A stretch of DNA of 64,000 nucleotides, from NCBI GenBank assembly GCA_963664225.1, contig OY760937.1:2176001-2240000 (forward strand), read 5' to 3'. Origin of the DNA: Verrucomicrobiia bacterium (lineage in GTDB: Bacteria > Verrucomicrobiota > Verrucomicrobiia > Limisphaerales > UBA1319). Position numbers and translations under genes: made by a program. Under the pieces are notes generated by a model. It made no database searches. It was not told the origin of the DNA and saw only the letters and a program-made list of their open reading frames with translations. Below are positions 1-9,426 of this stretch, one piece after another (within the stretch, counting starts at the first letter, position 1; each line of letters starts with the position of its first letter).

Positions 1-209
1 GCCCGGCAGGGAATCATGCTGGTGCCGCCTTCCGAGGCCAGCAGCAATTGCGGCTGAGTCAGCAGGCGCGGCGTGAAAAGCAAGCGCAATGTTTTACCGA
101 TGCGTTCCTCGTCGGCCTGGTAATACTCGGTGGATGTTCCGTCTGAAGAACGAATTTCAAGTGTGAGATCAGTTCGGTTTGTGGTCATATCAACTAGGTG
201 GGGGTTCAT
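1..209 (-). CDS. Hypothetical protein, 3' end outside window
   Basis: Manual translation from ATG at 209 (MNPHLVDMTTNRTDLTLEIRSSDGTSTEYYQADEERIG...) is open to the window edge and starts 2 nt after the stop of the preceding gene. Confidence 0.6.
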   Translation of the reverse strand, partial: MNPHLVDMTTNRTDLTLEIRSSDGTSTEYYQADEERIGKTLRLLFTPRLLTQPQLLLASEGGTSMIPCR

Positions 210-211
210 AT

Positions 212-421
212 TTAGGCTCCTCGGGATTGATTTGCGAGTCTTCGATTTACTTCCTGCTCCACATCAAGCCAATCGTTCAATGTCATCTGCCCGGAACCGG
301 CTCGCGCAGCACAAGCCGCATCGATCAACTGGCGAATTCGCAGGATTGTCGGTCGTCCGGCGGAACGCTGTGAAACAGCGGGACGACAGTGGTGGCATGG
401 AACTTCGTTACTCGTTTTCAT
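212..421 (-). CDS. Small hypothetical protein, DUF2934-like C-terminus
   Basis: MKTSNEVPCHHC...NDWLDVEQEVNRR; DWLxxExE resembles DUF2934 proteins; tightly packed in the operon. Confidence 0.5.
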   Translation of the reverse strand: MKTSNEVPCHHCRPAVSQRSAGRPTILRIRQLIDAACAARAGSGQMTLNDWLDVEQEVNRRLANQSRGA

Positions 422-452
422 TTCATCCTTTTTCATTGCCTTCGTCGCCGAA

Positions 453-1505
453 TCAGAAGAAGTAGCCGAGGGAGATTGAGCCGAACCCTTCATGTCCCTG
501 CTGACCCTCGAATTCCTTGCCCAAGAAAATGTAGGTGAAGGAAGCCTGGAAGCGTCGATTGCCCACACACATGCCGACGCCAGTCATTGGCACAAAGAAC
601 TCCTTGTCCACACTCGGGCTGTTCCTAAACGTATTGCCATCAAGCGTGATGTCCCGCAGCACCAGGTTGGCAAAGCTGCCGCCGAAAACCGAGAACCCCC
701 AATCAGAAGACCGGCTCAGCGCGTCGCGCCTTGGCGGCGGCATGTGCCCCATGTCGCGCACCAGTGTCGGGCCGAAATCATCGGGCATGTTGTAGCCGGC
801 GCGCACCAACCCCCCAACCTGGCCCTGGGTGAGGACATTGCCCAGCCATCCGCCGCCCACAGGCAATGCTTGCAGGGACCATTGTTCACGGTCGCCTGTC
901 AGTTGGAACCTGTGCCGGTATTCGTAGGCGAGGTTAAAGATGGGCTCGTTGTGCAATTGGTAACCCCAGCCTTCCGACGTGTCGTTGCCGATGAGACGAT
1001 GCACTGTGTTCTGTGATTCCTCCGCCAATGACCCGGGGCCGACAACGCCTGTCATGAACTTCAGCCCGTGATAAGAGTTCTCCTTCTCCACATGCAATGT
1101 AAGCCCAAAGGAGAGAATTCCGGCATAAGGGCGATCATTTGGGTCCGGGATGCTCCGTTGCGTATCTGCCGGAGTGAACATTCCTTGCGTCACGTCGTAA
1201 CCCACTGTGCGGCGTCCTTCACCCCACGACAGCCAGTTCGCGAATGGGTCTATCCAACTGGGACCAGTGTGGGATACGCCCAATGAGACGCCATCGGTGT
1301 AGAACCGGTCCGTTCCGCCAAACGTATCGTTCTCCCAGCGCACTGACATGGCCCATTGCCGCGGCTCAGCGGCGAGTTGACAGGGAGGATTGTTGGTGGA
1401 TTCAGCCATGCCGCCGGCGGGCGCTCCCATCAAAAGGCTCAACACAATCATTTTTGTGCGGTTTATCCGGGAGTGACCTGATGGATGGGACTCGTGTGGT
1501 TTCAT
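453..1505 (-). CDS. Lipid A deacylase LpxR-family (DUF2219) outer-membrane beta-barrel
   Basis: ENDTFGGTDRFYTDG, QGMFTP, DRPYAG, GWGYQLHNEP and DITLDGN motifs; C-terminal Phe. Start codon uncertain. Confidence 0.85.
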   Translation of the reverse strand: MKPHESHPSGHSRINRTKMIVLSLLMGAPAGGMAESTNNPPCQLAAEPRQWAMSVRWENDTFGGTDRFYTDGVSLGVSHTGPSWIDPFANWLSWGEGRRTVGYDVTQGMFTPADTQRSIPDPNDRPYAGILSFGLTLHVEKENSYHGLKFMTGVVGPGSLAEESQNTVHRLIGNDTSEGWGYQLHNEPIFNLAYEYRHRFQLTGDREQWSLQALPVGGGWLGNVLTQGQVGGLVRAGYNMPDDFGPTLVRDMGHMPPPRRDALSRSSDWGFSVFGGSFANLVLRDITLDGNTFRNSPSVDKEFFVPMTGVGMCVGNRRFQASFTYIFLGKEFEGQQGHEGFGSISLGYFF

Positions 1506-1521
1506 GGAGGAAATAGATTGA

Positions 1522-1743
1522 TTATTTAACGCAAAGGTGATCTCGACGTTGATGCTGGTCCGGCGGCATTGACCTCCGCGCTGTGCCCCGTGGTCGGATG
1601 GGACCGAGGGCGACCTGGAACGATTCGCCGGGATGATCGTCACCCTGCGCAGGGTTGTGTTCCCGGGCGGGCTGGTTGTGCCAGAAGGAGCCATACACCA
1701 TGGCCAAAAGGACGGTTCCGATTATGAGAGGAAGCATTGACAT
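1522..1743 (-). CDS. Small single-TM hypothetical protein
   Basis: Hydrophobic N-terminus (MSMLPLIIGTVLLAMVYG); fills the operon gap without overlap. Confidence 0.4.
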   Translation of the reverse strand: MSMLPLIIGTVLLAMVYGSFWHNQPAREHNPAQGDDHPGESFQVALGPIRPRGTARRSMPPDQHQRRDHLCVK

Positions 1744-1748
1744 GGCGC

Positions 1749-2015
1749 TCACTGATTGGCACTTCGATTAGTTGTGGTCTCAGATCCACGCGCAGAAAGT
1801 TGAAAGCGGCTGCCGGTCGTGTTCGGGTCCAGGGGCTTGTGTCCTGGCGGAGGCGCGTGCCGATCGAGATACTCCATGGCACAGGATGGACTACAAAGCG
1901 AAACCCGGCCTTGGGTTCCGGGAAAATGCGCGAACCAATGCTCTTTTACACTACAACCGCAAAAGCAGCAGATTTCGTTTTCCGTGGCGGGTGCGATTAG
2001 AATTTCAGCCTTCAT
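1749..2015 (-). CDS. Small Cys-rich putative metal-binding protein (TRASH/YHS-like spacing)
   Basis: CCFCGC-x19-LCSPSC; ATG at 2015 lies 8 nt after the upstream stop. Confidence 0.55.
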   Translation of the reverse strand: MKAEILIAPATENEICCFCGCSVKEHWFAHFPGTQGRVSLCSPSCAMEYLDRHAPPPGHKPLDPNTTGSRFQLSARGSETTTNRSANQ

Positions 2016-2023
2016 GGAAGTAT

Positions 2024-2338
2024 TCAACTGACGGCCAGGAGCGAAACCCGCTCGTTGCGGTCGTTGCAGGCAATGCCACTTGCATTCGGATCGAGCGTCG
2101 GCCGACCATCCACAAGGAATACGTACCGATGGAACCCGTGACTCAGCTCCAAGCTGGCCACCCATTGGTCGTCGGGTCGGCGGATCATCGGGGTTGCGTT
2201 GGTCTCCCAATTGTTAAAATCGCCAACGATTGAAACCTGTTTTGCTTCCGGCGCCTGACAAGAGAAGTGCGCATGATGAAGGTTTCGTTTTGCGGAGTAG
2301 CGTGACAGGGTGTCGCAAGTGTGGAATTCCGTAAACAT
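2024..2338 (-). CDS. Stand-alone CBM48/AMPK-beta-type glycogen-binding (isoamylase early set) protein
   Basis: APEAKQVSIVGDFNNW...W..L.LSHG.HRYVFLVDG...LDP. Confidence 0.85.
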   Translation of the reverse strand: MFTEFHTCDTLSRYSAKRNLHHAHFSCQAPEAKQVSIVGDFNNWETNATPMIRRPDDQWVASLELSHGFHRYVFLVDGRPTLDPNASGIACNDRNERVSLLAVS

Positions 2339-2342
2339 GGTT

Positions 2343-2747
2343 TCAATTCTCCTTTCCAGGCTGGCAGCCATCGTTAGTAAGGCCCTTCGCTGACACGACC
2401 GTTTCATTCACGACCCCGAGCGGTTTGAGCTTGGCTAGAATCGCGTCCTTCGTGGCCGTGCCAACGATTCGGAGGCGAGGGATTCCTTCCACAAAGTAGA
2501 GCAAAGTAGGGATGGACTTAATGTCATACAAAAGACTCAGATCAATGCTGGCGTCCGCGTTGATCGTGACCACTTTGACTTTTCCTGCCAGCTCGCAGGC
2601 CAGTTCCTGAAGCACGGAATGGAGGATCTGACACGGTCGGCTCCATGGAGTCCAGAACTCGGCCAGCACCGGCTGTTTGGACTTTAGGGCTTCCTCCTCG
2701 AAGGCCACTTCCGTGATGGTTGCGTTCATATTCATATTTTCATTCAT
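2343..2747 (-). CDS. Thioredoxin-family protein with atypical WSRPC active site
   Basis: PVLAEFWTPWSRPC...YDIKSIPTLLYF matches the thioredoxin fold pattern, including the cis-Pro IPT motif. Confidence 0.85.
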   Translation of the reverse strand: MNENMNMNATITEVAFEEEALKSKQPVLAEFWTPWSRPCQILHSVLQELACELAGKVKVVTINADASIDLSLLYDIKSIPTLLYFVEGIPRLRIVGTATKDAILAKLKPLGVVNETVVSAKGLTNDGCQPGKEN

Positions 2748-2769
2748 TCGTTCAGAGCGACAGGACTTG

Positions 2770-2785
2770 AGCACGCCCTGTGCCA
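2770..2785 (-). promoter_or_regulatory. Sigma-54 (-24/-12) promoter of the leftward operon
   Basis: TGGCAC-AGGGC-GTGCT on the minus strand, just upstream of the thioredoxin ATG and adjacent to a sigma-54 activator gene. Confidence 0.75.
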
Positions 2786-2854
2786 CGAGGCTTTATTCGC
2801 GTTATGGCGTTGAATACAAAAGGCTTGCAATCATCGCTGCGTGGCCTTCCCCTA

Positions 2855-2886
2855 TTACGAAAAATCGAATTCTCGAAAACCCGTAA
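2855..2886 (-). promoter_or_regulatory. Candidate tandem enhancer (UAS) for the sigma-54 activator
   Basis: TTACGGGTTTTCGAGAATTCGATTTTTCGTAA contains two CG-N6-CG dyads; 69 bp upstream of the -24 box, the same spacing as 4666..4697. Confidence 0.6.
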
Positions 2887-2929
2887 TTTGCGATTTGCCC
2901 CGCATCGAAGGGGTCAATATATTCGGGTA

Positions 2930-4570
2930 ATGGAACCAACCAGCGACAGACGGTTCGATTCTCATATCGGAGCGCAGTTGCTTCTGGAGATTGCCCGGGA
3001 GCATTCGGTGGAGCCGATCTTGAAGAAAATTGTCGAGAGCGCGGTCGAGAGCGCGGAGTTTGTTTTCTCCCAGGTCTGGTTGATTAAGAAAGGCGACCTC
3101 TGCGCGACGTGCAAGTATCGGCCTGATTGTCCTGACCAGACCCGCTGCTTGCACCTGGTTGCGGGAAGAGCCAGATCGCTTCCGGAGCACGGAAAGGGGC
3201 CGCGGCCGTGCGAGGATCTCAATGCTCGCCTGCCACTGAATTTCGGTCCGCTTGGAGAGGCTGTGGCCAGCGGGCAGTTGAAAGTGGTAAGAAGCCCGGA
3301 CAAGCAGCCGGTATCCGTTGCCGGATTCGAGTGGTTGCGGGAAGAGGGCATCCTTGAATGCGGAATCCGCCCTATTGAATTTAAGGGAGATGTTTTGGGA
3401 GCTACTTTGGGTTTTGCCCGCGAGTTCATTCCGGAGTCCTTCACGCCATGGGGACGGATCTTTGCGGATTATGTGGGAGCCGCCATCGCCAACGCGCGCG
3501 CCTTTGAGGAAATCCAACACCTCAAAGCGCAACTTGAGCTGCAGAATTCTTACTTGCAGGAGGAGGTGGTGGAGGCCAAGGCCTTTGGCAATCTGGTCGG
3601 CCAAAGCGCGGCCCTCAAATACATCGTCAGTCAGATTGACCTGGTCGCGCCCACGGAAGCTTCGGTGCTCATTCTCGGCGAGACGGGAACTGGCAAGGAA
3701 TTGGTCGCCCACGAAATCCACCAGCGCAGCGCCCGCAAGGATGGCGCGCTGGTTCGAGTCAATTGCGCCTCGATTCCACGGGAGTTGTTCGAAAGCGAGT
3801 TTTTCGGCCATGTTCGCGGTGCTTTTACCGGGGCGCTGAAAGATCGGGCCGGACGTTTTGAAACGGCTGAGGGCGGGACCATTTTTCTAGATGAAGTGGG
3901 AGAAATTCCATTGGACATCCAGAACAAGCTGCTTCGCGTTCTCCAGGAGAAACGATATGAACGCGTTGGCGATGACCGAACCCGCCGCGCGGATGTGCGC
4001 GTTGTGGCCGCGACAAACCGCAATTTGAAAAAGGAGGTCGCCGCCGGACGATTCCGGGAGGACCTCTTCTACCGGCTGAACGTTTTTCCGATCCAGGTTC
4101 CACCGCTGCGAGAGCGAATGGACGACATTCCGTTGCTGGCAAAACATTTTGTCGAATTCTCTGCCAAAGACTTGAAATGCGCGAAACCCCGGCTGACCCG
4201 GGCGGCGGTGGCCAAGCTCCAGAGTTACGATTGGCCGGGCAATATCCGTGAATTGCGCAACGTGATCGAGCGCGCCATCATTTTAGCCCGTGGCGGAGGA
4301 TTGGATTTCGACCTGCCTGTCGCCGGTCCAGCGCCGCTTGTTCCCAGGCCAGGTGTTCAGCCGGATGCCTCGACCAGCAGCCCGGCGCAACCCAAGTTTC
4401 TCACTGAAGCCGAACTTCAACGCCGCGAACGTGAAAACCTCGTGCAGGTGTTGGAGGCGGCGAATTGGAAAATCAGCGGATCCGATGGCGCGGCGGAACT
4501 TTTGGGCGTGAAACCAACCACTCTGCTTTCAAGGATGGACAAGTGGGGTCTCAAGAAACCCGACCGTTGA
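2930..4570 (+). CDS. Sigma-54-dependent enhancer-binding activator (GAF + AAA+ + Fis HTH; FhlA/NifA-like architecture)
   Basis: GETGTGKE Walker A, GAFTGA loop, FLDEVGE Walker B, FREDLFYRLNV, WPGNIREL, C-terminal AAELLG HTH. Confidence 0.95.
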   Translation: MEPTSDRRFDSHIGAQLLLEIAREHSVEPILKKIVESAVESAEFVFSQVWLIKKGDLCATCKYRPDCPDQTRCLHLVAGRARSLPEHGKGPRPCEDLNARLPLNFGPLGEAVASGQLKVVRSPDKQPVSVAGFEWLREEGILECGIRPIEFKGDVLGATLGFAREFIPESFTPWGRIFADYVGAAIANARAFEEIQHLKAQLELQNSYLQEEVVEAKAFGNLVGQSAALKYIVSQIDLVAPTEASVLILGETGTGKELVAHEIHQRSARKDGALVRVNCASIPRELFESEFFGHVRGAFTGALKDRAGRFETAEGGTIFLDEVGEIPLDIQNKLLRVLQEKRYERVGDDRTRRADVRVVAATNRNLKKEVAAGRFREDLFYRLNVFPIQVPPLRERMDDIPLLAKHFVEFSAKDLKCAKPRLTRAAVAKLQSYDWPGNIRELRNVIERAIILARGGGLDFDLPVAGPAPLVPRPGVQPDASTSSPAQPKFLTEAELQRRERENLVQVLEAANWKISGSDGAAELLGVKPTTLLSRMDKWGLKKPDR

Positions 4571-4665
4571 CCCTTTCTGCGATGAGTTCCCTCTGATCTG
4601 CTGGAAACCTTCTTGCCAAAGCCGAATCCTCAATCGTTGGGCTGTTGCTTGAACCAACGATCATT

Positions 4666-4697
4666 CTTCGATTTTTCGGAAATTCGAAATATCGAAT
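4666..4697 (+). promoter_or_regulatory. Candidate tandem enhancer (UAS) for the sigma-54 activator
   Basis: CTTCGATTTTTCGGAAATTCGAAATATCGAAT shares TTCGATTTTTCG with 2858..2869 (minus); 69 bp upstream of the -24 box. Confidence 0.6.
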
Positions 4698-4766
4698 GCC
4701 GTCCCGCGAGTTGCCTCTTTGATGTTAATCGCTGAACTCCAGCTATTTCCGAGCCTATTTGAGGGT

Positions 4767-4782
4767 TGGCATCTGTGTTGCT
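4767..4782 (+). promoter_or_regulatory. Sigma-54 (-24/-12) promoter of the efflux operon
   Basis: TGGCAT-CTGTG-TTGCT, near-consensus. Confidence 0.75.
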
Positions 4783-5070
4783 TAGCTCATGTCTCGTATG
4801 CGAATGGAATTCGAAAGCATGAAGAAGTACCGAGAATGGACGCAAGCGACCGTCCTGAGTGGGATAGGGAATTTTCAAGTTTTATGAAAATCTCAATCTC
4901 ACCAAGCAAAGGGGCGGAGGCGGTGACCAATTCCACAGGAGGCCACTTATCCACTCCCGACCGCGCGCACCCGGAACCGATTTTCTGAGACTTCCAGTGG
5001 GAGCCGTGATTCTCAAGACTTTTAACAAACACCGATTATTCCAGCGATAACAGCGAAAATACAACACAAC

Positions 5071-6237
5071 ATGAAATCCATAGATCATAATCATAACGAA
5101 ACGAGGACGATCGAAGAACTGCCGCAAGTCGACACACATCAGCCCCGGATGGGAACTGACTCGCAGGACCGGATTAAACACGATGGCGATGGGCCTCCAA
5201 ACACGCAGGAAGTTCCGAGCCGGTCAAAAACAAAAAGGCGCATTGCCTTGGTGGTTCTCGCTCTGCTGGCTGGAGCCGCCGCCGCGCTGTATTACTTCCG
5301 GTATGTCGTACCTTTCGAGTCCACCGACAACGCGTTCATTGAAGGTTATGTCGTGCCGATGGCATCGCAAGTGCCGGGACGCGTCGGAGAATTGTTGGTA
5401 AAAGACAACCAGGCGGTCAAACAGGGCGAGGTGATCCTGAAAATTGACCCGCGTGATTACGAGGCAAGCCTCGCACAAGCGCGCGCCGATCTGGCGGCGG
5501 CACGCAGTCGAGTGGAGCAAGCCAAGGCGCAAGTCAATGCAAGCGAAGCTAAAGTCGCGCAGGCGCAGGCTGCAATCATTGCCGCCGACGCGGAAAACCA
5601 ACGCGCGGCGGACGATCTCAAGCGTTACGAATCTGTCGAAAGCCGGGCGGTTTCCAAGAGCGCGTTTGACCTGGCGAAGTCCCAGGCGCGCGCGGCCAGC
5701 GCCAATTTGGAGGCGGCGCGCAGCCAGGCCAGGGCCGCCGAGGCGGAAGTGGCTTTGAGCGCGGCGGGAGTTGAAACCGCGAGCGCCGCCGTGCAACAGG
5801 CTGAAGCCAGACTCAGGCAGTCCGAGTTGAATCTTTCCTACACACAAGTCACCGCGCCCGAAGAAGGCAGGGTCACGCGCCGCGTCGTGGAAAAAGGCGC
5901 GTATATCCAGCCCGGCCAGGCGCTCATGGCGATTGTGCCGCGCCATTATTGGGTCGTTGCCAACTTCAAGGAAATACAACTGACCCGCATGCGCGTCGGC
6001 CAGCCGGTCGAGGTCGTTGTGGATGCCTATCCGGACCGCGTTTTCAAGGGTCATGTGGATGGCATTCAAAGCGGCGCAGGCGCGCGATTCAGTCTGTTCC
6101 CGCCGGAGAACGCCACCGGCAACTATATCAAGGTGGTGCAGCGCGTGCCCGTAAAAATCGTTCTGGATGACCTGCCCGGAAACGACCTCGCCCTTGGCCC
6201 CGGAATGTCCGTGGTTCCCAAAGTGCGCGTGAAGTAA
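5071..6237 (+). CDS. EmrA/HlyD-family periplasmic adaptor
   Basis: ESTDNAFIEG, N-terminal TM, coiled coil, FSLFPPENATGNYIKVVQRVPV. Confidence 0.95.
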   Translation: MKSIDHNHNETRTIEELPQVDTHQPRMGTDSQDRIKHDGDGPPNTQEVPSRSKTKRRIALVVLALLAGAAAALYYFRYVVPFESTDNAFIEGYVVPMASQVPGRVGELLVKDNQAVKQGEVILKIDPRDYEASLAQARADLAAARSRVEQAKAQVNASEAKVAQAQAAIIAADAENQRAADDLKRYESVESRAVSKSAFDLAKSQARAASANLEAARSQARAAEAEVALSAAGVETASAAVQQAEARLRQSELNLSYTQVTAPEEGRVTRRVVEKGAYIQPGQALMAIVPRHYWVVANFKEIQLTRMRVGQPVEVVVDAYPDRVFKGHVDGIQSGAGARFSLFPPENATGNYIKVVQRVPVKIVLDDLPGNDLALGPGMSVVPKVRVK

Positions 6238-6279
6238 CCAAATTCACCCTGCCGAGAAACAATCAATTGCCCGCAGCTT

Positions 6280-7836
6280 ATGAATGGCGATTCGAACCAG
6301 CTTAAAATCAATCCGTGGATCATCGCGATTGCGGTGATTCTGCCGACCTTCATCGAAGTGCTCGACACCACGGTCGTCAGCGTCGCGCTCCAAACCATCG
6401 CGGGCAATCTCGCGGCCACAGTGTCGCAGGCGACGTGGATTCAGACGGGCTACCTCATTTCAAACGCCATCGTCCTGCCTGCCAGCGCGTGGTTTTCCGC
6501 GAAGTTTGGGCGAAAGCGGTTTCTCATGGTCTGCATCGGCATTTTCACAGCGGCTTCGTTTGCTTGCGGCGCCGCGCCGAATCTTCCCTTCCTGATCTTT
6601 GCGTCCATCGTGCAAGGCGCGGGCGGCGGCGCCTTGCAGCCCATCTCCCAGGCCATCTTGATGGAGAGTTTCCCGCCTGCCAGGCGCGGCGCGGCCATGG
6701 CGGCCTATGTGTTGGGCGTGGTGCTGGCGCCCGTGCTGGGACCGGTTGTGGGGGGCTGGCTCACGGAGAATTATTCCTGGCGCTGGATTTTTTACATTAA
6801 CATCCCCTGTGGATTGTTCGCCCTTTGGATGATCCAACAATTCGTCTTTGACCCGGAATACATTCGCAACATCAAGCCTGGGCGCATTGACACCATTGGC
6901 TTCAGCGTCCTGGCGATTTGGCTCGGCACTCTGCAAACAGTCCTGAACAAGGGGCAGGATGAAGATTGGTTCAATTCCCAATACATTTGCTGGCTTTCGG
7001 TGATTTCCATCATTGCGTTTGTCGCGTTTATCGTGAGGGAGTTTTCGACCCGCGAACCGCTTTCCAATCTGCGGGTCTTCGGCGACCGGAACTTTCTGTT
7101 CAGCTCGATTCTGATCTCGATCATCTTCTTCCTTCTCTATGGCATCATGAATTTGCAGCCGCTGATGGCGCAAGGACTGATGGGTTACACCGCCTATGTC
7201 AGCGGATTGACGCAGATGTCACGAGGCTGGGGTATGCTGGTCTTCACACCCCTGGTGGGGGTGTTGACCGGGAAAGTGGATAATCGTTTTCTGGTCGGCC
7301 CCGGAATCCTCATCACGGCTGCGGCGGCCTTTATGATGGGCAATTTCAACCTCGACATTTCCAGCGCCGCGTATTTTTGGCCCAACTTTCTCCAGGGAAT
7401 GGGAATCGCGCTGACCACCGTTCCGCTGATGACCATCGCCGTATCCACCGTTCGCAACGAGGAGATGGGCAATGCCACCGGGCTGTTCGCGCTGGTGCGC
7501 AACCTGGCAGGCAGCATCGGCATTGCCGTTGCGATTGCCATGGTCTCGCGCGGCGCGCTGCGACACCAGGCCTATCTGGTAAGTCATCTGACTCCTTATG
7601 ATCTGCCTTGCCAGAATGCGGTGCAAATGGGGCAAATTGCCCTGACACCCGCGATGGGAGCCGCTCAGGCGCAGCCCGGAGCCTTGGGCGCGATCTACAA
7701 ATCACTGCTGCTGCACTCCAACATGCTCGGCTTTGTTGACGAGTTCCGCTGGCTGGCAACAATCTGCCTCCTCTCTGTGCCGCTTGTGCTTCTTTTGAAA
7801 AAGGCCCAGGCCAGAAAAGACGTAATGCTGCATTAA
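6280..7836 (+). CDS. EmrB/QacA (DHA2) MFS efflux permease
   Basis: EVLDTTVVSVAL, FGRKRF, APVLGPVVGGWLTENYSWRWIFYINIP, GQDEDWF. Confidence 0.95.
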   Translation: MNGDSNQLKINPWIIAIAVILPTFIEVLDTTVVSVALQTIAGNLAATVSQATWIQTGYLISNAIVLPASAWFSAKFGRKRFLMVCIGIFTAASFACGAAPNLPFLIFASIVQGAGGGALQPISQAILMESFPPARRGAAMAAYVLGVVLAPVLGPVVGGWLTENYSWRWIFYINIPCGLFALWMIQQFVFDPEYIRNIKPGRIDTIGFSVLAIWLGTLQTVLNKGQDEDWFNSQYICWLSVISIIAFVAFIVREFSTREPLSNLRVFGDRNFLFSSILISIIFFLLYGIMNLQPLMAQGLMGYTAYVSGLTQMSRGWGMLVFTPLVGVLTGKVDNRFLVGPGILITAAAAFMMGNFNLDISSAAYFWPNFLQGMGIALTTVPLMTIAVSTVRNEEMGNATGLFALVRNLAGSIGIAVAIAMVSRGALRHQAYLVSHLTPYDLPCQNAVQMGQIALTPAMGAAQAQPGALGAIYKSLLLHSNMLGFVDEFRWLATICLLSVPLVLLLKKAQARKDVMLH

Positions 7837-7880
7837 ACCGTCCGCAAACAATGAAAACTATTCCTGATAATTACCACTTT

Positions 7881-9356
7881 ATGAAACACTATCCTCAAGT
7901 CCTCATTCCGGGCGCGGCCCTGGCTCTCAGTCTTTTCCAGGGCTGCGCCGTTGGTCCCAATTACCAGCAACCGAAAACCGCCGCGCCCGCCCAATGGAGC
8001 GCGCCCATGGCCGGCGGCGAAACGAACCTTGCGCCGTCCCTCGCCGGGTGGTGGAAGGGCTTTAACGACCCGCAACTCGACTCCCTAATCGAGCGGGCCG
8101 TGAAAGCCAACCACGATCTGCAAATCGCCGGGGCTCGCGTTCGCGAAGCCCGGGCCCAATACCGCATAGCCTCCTCGCAACTCTGGCCCACGGTAAATGC
8201 CGGCGGCTCCTACGCGCGTCAAAACCAAAGCAAGAATCAGCCGCTCATCGGCTCTCTCCCCGTGCCCCCGGGCACTCCGTTTGAAAACAACGTCTATCAG
8301 GCAGGATTCGATGCCTCCTGGGAAATCGATGTTTTCGGCGGAACACGCCGAGAGGTTCAGGCCGGAAAGGCCGAAGTTGCCGCCGCCGAATTTGGCCGAC
8401 GAAACGTGCTGGTGACGTTGCTGGGCGAGGTTGCGCGCAATTACGTCGAGACCCGTGGTCTCCAGCGCCGGTTGGAAATTGCGAACAAGAACCTCAAAAC
8501 GCAGGAAGAGGCTTTGGCCATTACGGAGAACCGGTGCAAGAACGGACTAACCAGCGACCTCGATGTGCAGCAGGCCGCCACGCTGCTGGCGAATACGCGG
8601 GCGGCTATTCCCATGCTGGAGAGCGGCATTCAAGGTTATATCCACCGCCTTGGCGTGCTCCTGGGCCAGCCGCCCGAAGCGCTCCTGGCGGAGTTGTCTG
8701 CGCCGGCCCCCATTCCTGCCGCCCCGCCTGTCGTGCCGGCTGGACTACCATCCGACCTGCTGCGCCGCCGCCCGGACATTCAACAGGCTGAACGGCAACT
8801 GGCCGCATCCACCGCGCGCATCGGGGTTGCCACGGCGGACTTGTTTCCGAAGTTCTACCTGACGGGTCTGGCCGGATTCCAAAGCACCAGCGCCTCCGAC
8901 TGGTTCACCGGGGATAGCAAGTTCTGGTCAGTCGGGCCGACCGTACAGTGGAGGATCTTCGACGCGGGGCGCATCCGGGCCAACATCCGGGTGCAGAACG
9001 CCCGCCAGGAGCAGGCCCTGGCGGCCTATGAAAAGACCGTGCTGATGTCATTCGAAGACGTCGAAAATTCGCTGGTTGCCTATGCCAAGGAACAGATCCG
9101 ACGGCGTTCGCTCGAGGACGCGGTGAAGTCCAGCCAGGATTCGCTGCGCCTGGCCAGCCAGCTCTACTCCAACGGCCTCGCCAGCTTCATCAACGTGCTC
9201 GATGCCGAGCGATCTCTCTACCTGGCCGAAGACGCGCTGGTCCAGAGTGACAGGGCGGTGACCCAGAATCTCATAAGTCTCTATAAAGCCCTGGGCGGCG
9301 GATGGGAAGCACTGGAGCGGCCGTCTCAACTCGCGCAGACACAAACAACCAAATGA
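7881..9356 (+). CDS. NodT/OprM-type outer-membrane efflux lipoprotein
   Basis: Lipobox FQGC-AVGPNY, ASWEIDVFG, LPSDLLRRRPDI, LYKALGGGW. Alternative start at 7851. Confidence 0.95.
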   Translation: MKHYPQVLIPGAALALSLFQGCAVGPNYQQPKTAAPAQWSAPMAGGETNLAPSLAGWWKGFNDPQLDSLIERAVKANHDLQIAGARVREARAQYRIASSQLWPTVNAGGSYARQNQSKNQPLIGSLPVPPGTPFENNVYQAGFDASWEIDVFGGTRREVQAGKAEVAAAEFGRRNVLVTLLGEVARNYVETRGLQRRLEIANKNLKTQEEALAITENRCKNGLTSDLDVQQAATLLANTRAAIPMLESGIQGYIHRLGVLLGQPPEALLAELSAPAPIPAAPPVVPAGLPSDLLRRRPDIQQAERQLAASTARIGVATADLFPKFYLTGLAGFQSTSASDWFTGDSKFWSVGPTVQWRIFDAGRIRANIRVQNARQEQALAAYEKTVLMSFEDVENSLVAYAKEQIRRRSLEDAVKSSQDSLRLASQLYSNGLASFINVLDAERSLYLAEDALVQSDRAVTQNLISLYKALGGGWEALERPSQLAQTQTTK

Positions 9357-9426
9357 TCTTCGCAGAGGCGAACTGGATGAACCCGTCAGGCGCGGAAGCG
9401 AGGCCATGCAAGCCGGGTGGGAAGGC

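Noticed and set aside
2625..2650. Selenocysteine in the thioredoxin active site
   Set aside because: The codon is AGC (Ser), not TGA.
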